From IMG/VR virus record IMGVR_UViG_3300031712_000005: 64,000 nucleotides of DNA, one strand, 5' to 3'. The notes under the pieces are model-generated. The model made no database searches. It worked only from the letters and a program-made list of their open reading frames with translations, and was not told where the DNA came from. Below are positions 48,695 through 57,053 of the stretch, in pieces. Source of the DNA: an uncultured virus (IMG/VR IMGVR_UViG_3300031712_000005) (taxonomy: Duplodnaviria > Heunggongvirae > Uroviricota > Caudoviricetes). The position numbers and the translations under genes are program-made. How positions within the stretch are numbered: the first letter of the stretch is position 1; every line of letters starts with the position of its first letter.

Positions 48695-50047
48695 ATGACC
48701 CACAGGAAGAACTCAACTCGACCGATTGAGGTGTACGGAATCTCAGGGGGAAAGGGGCACGGTAAGGATACCTTCTGTGGCCTAATTCTGAAGCATAGCG
48801 CCGATTGGTACACCCAACGCAAGTGGGAAGTCCAGAGTCAAACCTTCAAGGTTTTGCACTTTGCTGATGACCTGAAGAGGATGGCTTCCAAGATCTTCGG
48901 TATACCTCTTGAGTCATTCATTGATCCTGACAAGAAGGAAGTTCGGTTCGAAGCCCCTATCGATTTAGACCTGTTTGTTAGTGCAATGCAAAGCGAGACT
49001 GGTCTGAGTATTGAAAAACATGAATTGATGGCTTGTAGTCCACGTGAGGTGATGCAGAGATTTGGAACCGAATACGTTAGGGGGGCGCAAGATGATTACT
49101 GGGTAAGTCTTACTCTTGGTAAGATCGGTAAGTCAAAGAGAGTTCTAATCCCTGACACTCGTTTCGTGAACGAGCTTCAAGGCGTTATGAGTGTAGGTGG
49201 GCGCATAATTGAGGTAGTACGGGTTGATGTTCATAAAGAGCCTGATAATCACTCCTCAGAAACTGAACGGTCTAAGTTCAATCCAGACTTAGTCGTTGGG
49301 GTCCGCACAGGTGATCTATCACTACCAAACAGGGTAGCTAGGCTAATAGCTACTGGTAAGTTTCAATCAGCACTACGGTATGACTATCGTAGTGCTCAGA
49401 AAGCCATATCCGAGTATCAAAGTGGTAAGAGCTTAGAAGAGAGTGCTAGGCTTCTAGGTGAAAACCACAAAGACCCCTACTGCTTGCGGAATATTTTGGA
49501 GTACTACGGGGTGCCAATCAGGAAGAAAGATCCTAAGAGGATTGGTCATAAGGTGGTTGAGGGTGTGCCGCACAAGTGGTGCAGCTTCTGTACCACTTGG
49601 CTACCACTTGGTGAGTTCAACTACAACTCGAAGAGTTGGGATAGCCTAGCTGGGTTATGTCGAACTTGTGCATCAGATCTGAACAAGGGTCGTTATCTGA
49701 AGCACACCAGAAGAGACACAATAGCTAGGGTCCTACAGGCTAGTAAAAGTTCTGCAAGTTACCGAGATATACCCTTCAGCCTGAACCTAGAAGCAATTCA
49801 AGCTACTTGGGACAAGCAAGAGGGTAGATGCTTCTACAGCGGCCAAGCCCTGACTTTTGAGCCAGGGTCCCCTCACAAGGCAACCCTAGACAGGGTTGAT
49901 TCAACTCTGGGGTATACCCCAGAGAACGTGGTGTTTTGCTCATATACCGTCAACATGATGAAGAGGAGCTTAACCTTGAATGAATTTGGGGTTATTGTTC
50001 GGGAATTAGCTTCTAGGTCAGATTCATGGCCAAGTAGCCTGGGTTAG
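48695..50047 (+). CDS. deoxynucleoside monophosphate kinase fused to Zn-finger/HNH-like endonuclease
   Basis: GGKGHGKDT, FADDLK, PREVMQRFGTE, DTRFVNE. C-terminal CSFC..CRTC, CFYSG..TLDRVDS..GY...NVV.C...NMMK. Confidence 0.85.
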   Translation: MTHRKNSTRPIEVYGISGGKGHGKDTFCGLILKHSADWYTQRKWEVQSQTFKVLHFADDLKRMASKIFGIPLESFIDPDKKEVRFEAPIDLDLFVSAMQSETGLSIEKHELMACSPREVMQRFGTEYVRGAQDDYWVSLTLGKIGKSKRVLIPDTRFVNELQGVMSVGGRIIEVVRVDVHKEPDNHSSETERSKFNPDLVVGVRTGDLSLPNRVARLIATGKFQSALRYDYRSAQKAISEYQSGKSLEESARLLGENHKDPYCLRNILEYYGVPIRKKDPKRIGHKVVEGVPHKWCSFCTTWLPLGEFNYNSKSWDSLAGLCRTCASDLNKGRYLKHTRRDTIARVLQASKSSASYRDIPFSLNLEAIQATWDKQEGRCFYSGQALTFEPGSPHKATLDRVDSTLGYTPENVVFCSYTVNMMKRSLTLNEFGVIVRELASRSDSWPSSLG

Positions 50048-50050
50048 GGG

Positions 50051-50079
50051 TTGACACCCCGCATGAAACCCTACATATT
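50051..50079 (+). promoter_or_regulatory. sigma70-like promoter
   Basis: TTGACA-N17-CATATT before GGAGG-ATG 50087. Confidence 0.55.
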
Positions 50080-50086
50080 GGGGAGG

Positions 50087-50662
50087 ATGTCAAAAGGACT
50101 CATACTCTTCAGCGCCGTTTGCCTACTCGGTGGGATCTCGTACTTACAGTTTAGGACTCCAACCCCTAAGCTTGACAAAGACCGAGTGGTTCAAGAGGAT
50201 GATGTCTGGGCCATGTGCGAGCCGACATCATCCGCAGGTAGTTCTGGTTTCAAGCTATTGTGGCCAACCAAAGACTGCAAGTCCGAAGACGATCCCATTA
50301 TGCTTGGGGCTCCGAGGCACATGACCCACGCAAAGAGCATTGATGGGTCGGCGATGTACCTCTTACTCTGGTACGACCGCCCTGAAGTATCCACTGACCC
50401 TTACGGTGAGGTGCTATTACCAGGTCAGGACGGCTCTCAGAGCGGGTTGAAGGGCGCCACCGTCATTGCTACTCGCCAGTTCAAACTAGGCACCATGCCC
50501 TGTCTCGACTACACCTTGAAGATGGGTCCAAACCATATCTCACGAGACCGGGCTTGCCTATTTGAAGGGAAGGTACTCATCACGATGAGTACCTTCCAGC
50601 CTACGAATGATGCAGACAAGAGCTACGTCAATCGTTACATCGAGTCTCTCACGAAGCTTTAG
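50087..50662 (+). CDS. exported/membrane-anchored hypothetical protein
   Basis: N-terminal hydrophobic segment. Confidence 0.65.
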   Translation: MSKGLILFSAVCLLGGISYLQFRTPTPKLDKDRVVQEDDVWAMCEPTSSAGSSGFKLLWPTKDCKSEDDPIMLGAPRHMTHAKSIDGSAMYLLLWYDRPEVSTDPYGEVLLPGQDGSQSGLKGATVIATRQFKLGTMPCLDYTLKMGPNHISRDRACLFEGKVLITMSTFQPTNDADKSYVNRYIESLTKL

Positions 50663-51018
50663 CGGCGAGTCGACGACATTCCGGTCATCACCACAGAGCA
50701 GTTGACCGGGTTTGGGTTCTCAGCCATGAAGGCGTGAAGGAGACCTCGAATCCAACAGAGTACTGGCTCCGTTGTGCTCAACCCGTTGGTTAGGAGTATA
50801 ACCTTTAGGGCCTCAAACTCTCGATAAAGCTCAACGAAGTTGGGTTCTGCGATGAAGAGCTTGTTCAGCTCTCCGGGCTTGTGAGCACAGACCAGAATTC
50901 CCAGGTCCCCAAGCATCACCTGCCATCGTACGTCAGTATCCTTGGTCTCAAATGTGAAGTGCCGAGCGCCATTTGGAGTACTGGACACCAGTTCTTCAAG
51001 TAATTTGACTTCAGTCAT
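50659..51018 (-). CDS. hypothetical protein
   Basis: TGGTGTA on the minus strand (51031-51037), 12 nt upstream. Confidence 0.65.
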   Translation of the reverse strand: MTEVKLLEELVSSTPNGARHFTFETKDTDVRWQVMLGDLGILVCAHKPGELNKLFIAEPNFVELYREFEALKVILLTNGLSTTEPVLCWIRGLLHAFMAENPNPVNCSVVMTGMSSTRR

Positions 51019-51024
51019 GGTCCC

Positions 51025-51285
51025 TCACATTACACCAACACCAGAGTAGTAATTGCTCCACATCTCGTCCCAGTATTCATGATGGTCTTCGGCGCATTCA
51101 CGACAGAGGGGGATCGGAGCATTGGGGTCTGGGGGGTTAGGTTCAAGGATTCTCTCGTATCGAGTACGAACTCTTGAAGTATCGTAACTCGTTCGTGAGC
51201 ATTCCATGAGTACTTCTACAGTTGACCCGCATCGAAGGCACGGTAGATCAACGGGCACTCCGGTGTTTGTATGCACGTTACTCAT
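51025..51285 (-). CDS. small Zn-finger protein with RTRYERIL in the loop between CxxC pairs
   Basis: CLRC...LCREC...H.EYW...W..YY. Confidence 0.65.
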   Translation of the reverse strand: MSNVHTNTGVPVDLPCLRCGSTVEVLMECSRTSYDTSRVRTRYERILEPNPPDPNAPIPLCRECAEDHHEYWDEMWSNYYSGVGVM

Positions 51286-51326
51286 AGGAACTACGCGTAT
51301 TCGGTAATCAACAGTGGGTGGTTGAT

Positions 51327-51391
51327 TTAGTGTAGACTTGACACTGAGTTGGTGTATAACCGACATCGACAAGGTGTCATGCTGACACTAA
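51327..51391. promoter_or_regulatory. three tandem NrtR operators (GT-N7-AC palindromes, 22-bp period)
   Basis: TTAGTGT-agacttg-ACACTGA (51327), TTGGTGT-ataaccg-ACATCGA (51349), AAGGTGT-catgctg-ACACTAA (51371). Confidence 0.85.
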
Positions 51392-51420
51392 CGAGCCGAG
51401 TGGTTCACATACGGTTCCCC

Positions 51421-52173
51421 ATGCTAATACAGAAGAAAAAGGCAAAAGTCACTCGAAAACTTCGATACCACTACGAGTTCCCGATGGCGGCACTCACAGT
51501 AGATGGGGTTGTCTTTGGATTTGACCCAAAGGATGAGGACAACCCTCTGAAAGTCCTGATGATTCGTCGAGGGGAGGAGCCATTTACAGGTCTTTGGGCA
51601 TTCCCCGGCGGGCACGTGAACATCATCAGTGATGAGGGTTTGGAGGATGCCATTCGGCGAGAGGTTCGAGAGGAGACCAAGGCCGAGTTCGAGTACCTCG
51701 AACAGCTAGGAACCTTTGCTGACCCTCACCGAGACCCACGAGGGAGGTATGTCACTGTCGCCTACTTTGCTCTCGTTAGAAAGGATGAGCACGACACCAT
51801 CGAGGGCTGTGACGATGCTGACCGAGCCGAGTGGATTCCTATCCGGAAGCTGACCCGGATGAAGCTCGCCTTCGACCACAACAAGATTCTGGACTACGCG
51901 ATCAAGCGACTTCAAGCCAAGGTCCGGTGGGCTCCACTTGGGTTCGAGCTACTCCCGAGAGCCTTCACCATTGGGCAGCTTCAGCAGCTCTACGAGGCAA
52001 TCCTGCAAAGGCCCCTCGATAAGCGGAACTTCCGACGCAAGATCACCTCGATGGGGATTCTTACCGAAGCGGGTAAGGCCAAGTCGAGAGTTGGACCGAC
52101 CGCACGATTATACCGCTTTGACACCAAGGCATACGAGAAAGCCGTTGAAAAAGGCTTCAACTTTGAGTTATGA
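51421..52173 (+). CDS. nrtR: NrtR Nudix-related transcriptional regulator
   Basis: LTVDGV, WAFPGG, REVREET, LEQLGTF...RDPRGR, LAFDH, wHTH region FT...LQ.LYE...DKRNFRRKI. Confidence 0.92.
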   Translation: MLIQKKKAKVTRKLRYHYEFPMAALTVDGVVFGFDPKDEDNPLKVLMIRRGEEPFTGLWAFPGGHVNIISDEGLEDAIRREVREETKAEFEYLEQLGTFADPHRDPRGRYVTVAYFALVRKDEHDTIEGCDDADRAEWIPIRKLTRMKLAFDHNKILDYAIKRLQAKVRWAPLGFELLPRAFTIGQLQQLYEAILQRPLDKRNFRRKITSMGILTEAGKAKSRVGPTARLYRFDTKAYEKAVEKGFNFEL

Positions 52174-52182
52174 GAGGACACC

Positions 52183-53589
52183 ATGCGAATCAATCCAATA
52201 CTTTTAGTAGATAGCTACAAGAGCACGCACCCTCCGCAGTATCCTCCGGGGACTGCCTCGATGTTTGATCACTTGGAGTCGCGTGGTGGTCAGTTCGGCA
52301 CCACCATCTACTTTGGCCAGCAATTCATCAACAAGGAGTACTTGAGCATCCCGATCACCCACGCTCATGTTGATGAAGCCAAGGACTTCTTCATTAGCCA
52401 CTTCGGGACGGATGACCCAGACTACTTTCCCGAGATGGGTTTTCGTAAGATGGTGGATAATGGTGGGTTCTGGCCGGTACGGATCAAGACGGTAGCGGAA
52501 GGGACTGAAGTTCATACCAGGAATATGCTTCTGTCCTTGGAGAGTACCGGTGGGCCCGAGACCTTTTGGGCTGCAAGCTGGTTGGAGACTCAAATTGTCC
52601 GCAATTGGTACCCAACCACGGTAGCAACACTCAGCTACTACTGCAAGAAGATCATCCTCGAAGCCCTGATGGAGAGCGCCAACGACCCTTGGTCGGAGAT
52701 CTACTACAAGCTCCATGACTTCGGCGGCCGTGGCGCTACTTGTCACGAGGCGGCTGGTATCGGCGGCATGTCCCACCTCATCAACTTCCGTGGCTCGGAT
52801 ACCGTGGAAGGGATCATGTTTGCTCGTGACTACTACGGAGAGAAGATGGCTGCTAATTCGATTGCAGCCGCTGAGCACTCCAGTATCACCTCGTGGACTC
52901 GTGAGCGTGAGCTACTTGCCTATCGGAACATGGTCAAGAAGTTCTGCAAGCCTGGTCGAGTCGTGGCCTGCGTCTCGGACAGTTACGATATCTACAACGC
53001 TATCGAGAACATGTGGTGTGGTGAATTACTTGAAGAGGTCAAGACCTCTGGTGGTTGTATCGTTATTCGCCCTGATTCAGGTGATCCACCCTCGGTAGTG
53101 TTGAAGTGCTTGCAAACTCTCGAACGCAAGCTTGGGATGAAAAAGAACCTGCGAGGGTACAAGATCCTCCCGGACTACTTCCGGCTCATCCAAGGTGATG
53201 GCATCAATATTGACTCATTGGCTGAGATACTGAGAGTCATTCTCTTGAATGGTTACTCGGCATCGAACCTCGCCTTCGGCATGGGCGGCGGCCTTTTGCA
53301 GTTGGTGAATCGAGACACCCAGAAGTTTGCTCTCAAGTGTTCTGAGATCACCACTACGGCCGGAGAAGTCATCCCCGTATACAAGGACCCGGTCACTGAC
53401 CCTGGGAAGACCTCGAAGAAGGGTAAGTTGGACCTTATCTTTGAAGATGGTCAATTCAAGTCAGTACCCTTCGGAACTGCCAAGAATAACAGTCGAATGA
53501 TAACTGTCTACGAGGACGGTAAGATTACCAACGACTTTTCGTTCTCAGAGCTACGAACAAATTCCGAAAAGAACCTGCCAAGAGTGTAA
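52183..53589 (+). CDS. nadV: nicotinamide phosphoribosyltransferase (NAMPT/NadV)
   Basis: DSYK..H, LHDFGGRG, AAEHS, VSDSYD, IRPDSGDP, IQGDG, FGMGGGLLQ.VNRDT. Confidence 0.92.
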   Translation: MRINPILLVDSYKSTHPPQYPPGTASMFDHLESRGGQFGTTIYFGQQFINKEYLSIPITHAHVDEAKDFFISHFGTDDPDYFPEMGFRKMVDNGGFWPVRIKTVAEGTEVHTRNMLLSLESTGGPETFWAASWLETQIVRNWYPTTVATLSYYCKKIILEALMESANDPWSEIYYKLHDFGGRGATCHEAAGIGGMSHLINFRGSDTVEGIMFARDYYGEKMAANSIAAAEHSSITSWTRERELLAYRNMVKKFCKPGRVVACVSDSYDIYNAIENMWCGELLEEVKTSGGCIVIRPDSGDPPSVVLKCLQTLERKLGMKKNLRGYKILPDYFRLIQGDGINIDSLAEILRVILLNGYSASNLAFGMGGGLLQLVNRDTQKFALKCSEITTTAGEVIPVYKDPVTDPGKTSKKGKLDLIFEDGQFKSVPFGTAKNNSRMITVYEDGKITNDFSFSELRTNSEKNLPRV

Positions 53590-53592
53590 GTA

Positions 53593-53781
53593 ATGGGTTC
53601 GATGGGTTACTCTCGTGAGTATTATGAACGAGCCGCGGATCGTCTAAACCGGCGCTCTCGGCAGGAAAACCCTACATCACCAAGTAGGGGGTCAAGTACT
53701 CCGACGTCAATCCAGCCTGAAAGTCAACCAAAAAAGAAGAAATGGTGGCCCGATAGGTATCACAGGCCTTGGGTCATCTAA
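53593..53781 (+). CDS. small basic protein whose N-terminus resembles the next gene's N-terminus
   Basis: 62 aa, MGSMGYSREYY. Confidence 0.45.
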   Translation: MGSMGYSREYYERAADRLNRRSRQENPTSPSRGSSTPTSIQPESQPKKKKWWPDRYHRPWVI

Positions 53782-53799
53782 AGAAAGAAGAGGCCCGCC

Positions 53800-54765
53800 A
53801 TGGGTGGTGGAAGTTGGAGTGAAGAATACTACAACGATAAGGCGAAGGAGCGCGCTACAAGCGGTAAGTCTGCTTTTGCCCATCACGAAGCAGTCATTGC
53901 CAAGCCGAAGAGTGAGCAGAAGGTTCACCCCCGGCTTGATCCAAAAGGAGTCAAGGTTCGGGAGTCAAGAGATTCGCTAGAGCATCCTGAATCGATCCCC
54001 ATTTCCATCATGCTCGATGTCACTGGGTCGATGCAAAAAGTACCCATTGGAGTTCAAAAAAGCCTTCCGAATATGAATAAAATAGCCCTCAAGGTAGGGA
54101 TACGCGATGCTCACTTTTTGTTTGGAGCTATCGGGGACGAATTCTCCGACAAGGGATCGTTGCAAGTCGGTCAGTTCGAAGCCAGTAATCAGATGGATGA
54201 GGATCTGGAGCACTTCTGGTTGGAGGGCAATGGTGGACCTTACGGGGAAGAATCGTACCAGAACGTCTTCTATTTTTTCGCACGTCATACAGAGATTGAC
54301 TCTCTCATCAAGCGCAACAAGAAGGGTTACCTTTTTATCCTAGGAGATGAACTACCGTTCCCTGTCGTGAAGAGCTCGTCAATCGATAGTATTCTTGGGT
54401 ACAACCTGCAAGGGGTTGATATCAAGACTGAGGATATCGTTCGTGAGTGTCAGCAGAAGTACAACGTATTCTTTGTCATTCCAAGGGATACTAGCGGTGG
54501 AGATAAGTCAAGTGTAGCGCACTACTGGGAAAGGTTGCTTGGTGCCCAGAATGTCATCCACATGGCAAATGCTACTGACATCTGCGAATTGGTAGCTACT
54601 ACGGTGGGTATCTGTGAAGGATTGACCAACATTCAAGATGCCAAGATACTACTCAGAGATGCTGGGGTTAGTTCCTCAAAATCTTCGAGTATAGAGGCAT
54701 CTCTCTACAACCTGATCAAGAGTCGTGGGTTGCCAGTTGGCAGCTCACCGGTTCGAAGACTGTAA
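53800..54765 (+). CDS. vWA-domain protein
   Basis: MGGGSWS, RESRDS.EHP, DVTGSM, LQVGQFE, LEGNGG...ESY, KGYLFILGDE. Confidence 0.85.
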   Translation: MGGGSWSEEYYNDKAKERATSGKSAFAHHEAVIAKPKSEQKVHPRLDPKGVKVRESRDSLEHPESIPISIMLDVTGSMQKVPIGVQKSLPNMNKIALKVGIRDAHFLFGAIGDEFSDKGSLQVGQFEASNQMDEDLEHFWLEGNGGPYGEESYQNVFYFFARHTEIDSLIKRNKKGYLFILGDELPFPVVKSSSIDSILGYNLQGVDIKTEDIVRECQQKYNVFFVIPRDTSGGDKSSVAHYWERLLGAQNVIHMANATDICELVATTVGICEGLTNIQDAKILLRDAGVSSSKSSSIEASLYNLIKSRGLPVGSSPVRRL

Positions 54766-54777
54766 CTATCAAAGGAG

Positions 54778-56151
54778 GTGGTGGCTGATCTCAGCCACCA
54801 CCTAGAAACTATGATGAGAGCTGTATTGGTAGCTGGCCTTGGGTTCGGGGATGAGGGTAAGGGCTCGATTGTCGACTACCTGTGTCGTAAGCACAAGTCC
54901 AAGGTGGTCGTCAGGTACAATGGGGGCGCGCAAGCTGGGCATAACGTTGTCCTAGCCGACGGAAGACACCATTGCTTTTCTCAGTGGGGTTCTGGGACTT
55001 TTGCTGGTGCCAAGACTTACCTCAGCAAGTATGTGTTGGTGAACCCTACCTTCATGTTACCCGAGGGGGATCACCTGATCAGCCTTGGGGTGACTGACGC
55101 CTTCGAGCGGATGTTCGTCGACCAAAACTCTCTCCTGACCACTCCTTTTCACGTGTCTCTCAACCGCCTTCGAGAGACTCAGCGTCGAGTGAAGTCCACG
55201 TTGGAGTTTGGTACTTGCGGAATGGGTATAGGTGAGACAGTCGATTGGGCCATCCGTGATCCAGAGTTGGCTATTCGAATGCGCGACCTCAACAACTTAG
55301 ATGAGTTGGCCAGTAAACTCAGAGGTATACGGATCAGAGCTTGCTTGGAAGCTAGAACTCTAGTTAGTGATTGGCCCAAGGGTAGTGAGGTTGGGGTTGA
55401 TCTCGATATCCTAGAAGACGGTGAGGTTGTAGATCGCTTCATCCAAGATACAACCGAGCTCTTGAAACGAGGGGTGTCTATTGTTAGGCCTATTGATACT
55501 GGGGATGTCTTCAACGATGATGACACTATAATCTTTGAAGGGGCTCAGGGAGCATTGCTTGATGAAGAGTGGGGTTTTCATCCGCACACGACTTGGAGCA
55601 ATTGCACCTTTGAGAATGCCATCAAGATTCTCAAGCAGATATCAGGTACCTCAGGTGCTAAATACCTCAGACTTGGAGTGACTCGTCCGTATCATACTCG
55701 TCATGGAGCGGGACCACTACCTTCTGAGGGTCTCGAGTTGGACATCAAGGACCACAATGTCGATGGGGAGTGGCAGGGATCCTTCCGATTAGGTTACTTC
55801 GACTTCATAATGGCGAGGTACGCCAAGTTTGTTATGGATGGTGTGGATGCAATAGCAATCAATCATCTTGACCAAGTGAGCGGACCCCAACAGGTTTGTT
55901 TAGCCCATAACTTCCTAGGCAGTACTACGTACCGTATAAGGTTTGGGATTAGTCACGACTTCCATCTCGAGCTCAAGGCCATGTCAGAGAAGTATGGGGA
56001 GGAGGCAGAGCCTGTTCAATCGGCGGTATCCCCAGTCTACACAACCCTTAGTGGCACACGACGTCTAGAAGCCTGTATATCGAAGGTATTCAAATCTCGG
56101 GTACTCATCAGGGGTTTTGGTCCAACAGCAGAGGATAAGCGTGAAGTATGA
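54778..56151 (+). CDS. divergent adenylosuccinate synthetase-like protein
   Basis: GFGDEGKG, GGAQAGH, CGMGIG, FEGAQG.LLD, TRHGAGP. Likely start 54811. Confidence 0.85.
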   Translation: MVADLSHHLETMMRAVLVAGLGFGDEGKGSIVDYLCRKHKSKVVVRYNGGAQAGHNVVLADGRHHCFSQWGSGTFAGAKTYLSKYVLVNPTFMLPEGDHLISLGVTDAFERMFVDQNSLLTTPFHVSLNRLRETQRRVKSTLEFGTCGMGIGETVDWAIRDPELAIRMRDLNNLDELASKLRGIRIRACLEARTLVSDWPKGSEVGVDLDILEDGEVVDRFIQDTTELLKRGVSIVRPIDTGDVFNDDDTIIFEGAQGALLDEEWGFHPHTTWSNCTFENAIKILKQISGTSGAKYLRLGVTRPYHTRHGAGPLPSEGLELDIKDHNVDGEWQGSFRLGYFDFIMARYAKFVMDGVDAIAINHLDQVSGPQQVCLAHNFLGSTTYRIRFGISHDFHLELKAMSEKYGEEAEPVQSAVSPVYTTLSGTRRLEACISKVFKSRVLIRGFGPTAEDKREV

Positions 56152-57053
56152 CCCAGATTAACTTGAGAGACGGCCGAGAGTTGATCATCCGAGCCAAGGT
56201 CATAGAAGGAGATATCAGCGAGATCTTTGAGGGGACGTTGTCCAATCCACCCGCGGTAGTTGAACACAAGGAGATTCGAACCCGCTACGAGCGCATCATG
56301 GATCGAGAGTCTGGGCACAACTCCAAGCCTGTTTTGGTGAAGATCGCTAAGGACCGAGAATTCAATGATCTGATTGAGAGGGACGTGTCAGTACTTGGTC
56401 AGCTGCACCCTGAAAACCCCAGTGAGCCAAGCAGCTTCCACAAGTACTACCCCACGAGTTATGGTGGGATCGGAGTCCTTGTTGATGGTAAGCAAGCCCA
56501 CATCTTCGAGGAGATCAAGGGTTGTGTAACTCTTGATACTGTTCTCAAGGCCTACCCGAAGGGGATTGACTATCGGGACATGGCTTGGATGTTCAAGCGG
56601 TCCCTTGTGGGCATGTGGTATGCCCACAAGCACAAGGTTATCCACGGAGCGATCTTGCCTCCACACATCCTACTCACCCTGGAAGATCACGGGGGGCGGA
56701 TAGTCGATTGGTCCTACTCGACTCCAACAAGGATCAAAGTTCCGGCAATGGTCACCACCTACGAGGACTTCTACCCACCCGAAGTCCTTCACTCGGAGCC
56801 CGCGCGGGAGGGTACCGATCTCTATATGATGGCCAAGTGCGTTCAAGCACTACTTGGTGGAGACCTAAAAACCAAGGAGTATCCGGATTCGGTCCCAGAG
56901 CCTATAAGGGACCTACTCGGACTCTGCCTAAATGAAAATGTCAATATGAGGCCTATTGACGCGAGTGAGGTTCATGATACCTTCGATAGGTTGCTGAAGG
57001 AAGTAGTAGGGAAACCTAAATTCCGCCCTTTTACACTGCCAGAGTTTATATGA
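56148..57053 (+). CDS. protein kinase-fold protein (probable pseudokinase)
   Basis: VLVK, IHGAILPPH (HRD absent), DWS, PPE, DLYM. Confidence 0.8.
   Translation: MTQINLRDGRELIIRAKVIEGDISEIFEGTLSNPPAVVEHKEIRTRYERIMDRESGHNSKPVLVKIAKDREFNDLIERDVSVLGQLHPENPSEPSSFHKYYPTSYGGIGVLVDGKQAHIFEEIKGCVTLDTVLKAYPKGIDYRDMAWMFKRSLVGMWYAHKHKVIHGAILPPHILLTLEDHGGRIVDWSYSTPTRIKVPAMVTTYEDFYPPEVLHSEPAREGTDLYMMAKCVQALLGGDLKTKEYPDSVPEPIRDLLGLCLNENVNMRPIDASEVHDTFDRLLKEVVGKPKFRPFTLPEFI

Noticed and set aside
51327..51391. 22-bp periodic repeats as a mini-CRISPR or iterons
   Set aside because: They are palindromic GT-N7-AC boxes directly upstream of nrtR, so operators explain them better.
51286..51420. Track N-terminal extensions of nrtR (51349) and of the minus ORF (51372)
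   Set aside because: They would overlap each other and the operators. Starts at 51421 and 51285 fit better.
52204..52878. Long antisense ORFs (e.g. 224 aa opposite NAMPT, also 12596..13120, 13280..13786, 9737..10228)
   Set aside because: Shadow frames of codon-biased real genes, with no motifs or RBS.
54778..56151. PurZ (Z-genome) assignment for the adenylosuccinate synthetase homologue
   Set aside because: It keeps the PurA-type Asp in GDEGKG, where PurZ has Ser. Its context is vWA/kinase/NAD genes, not a datZ/mazZ cluster.
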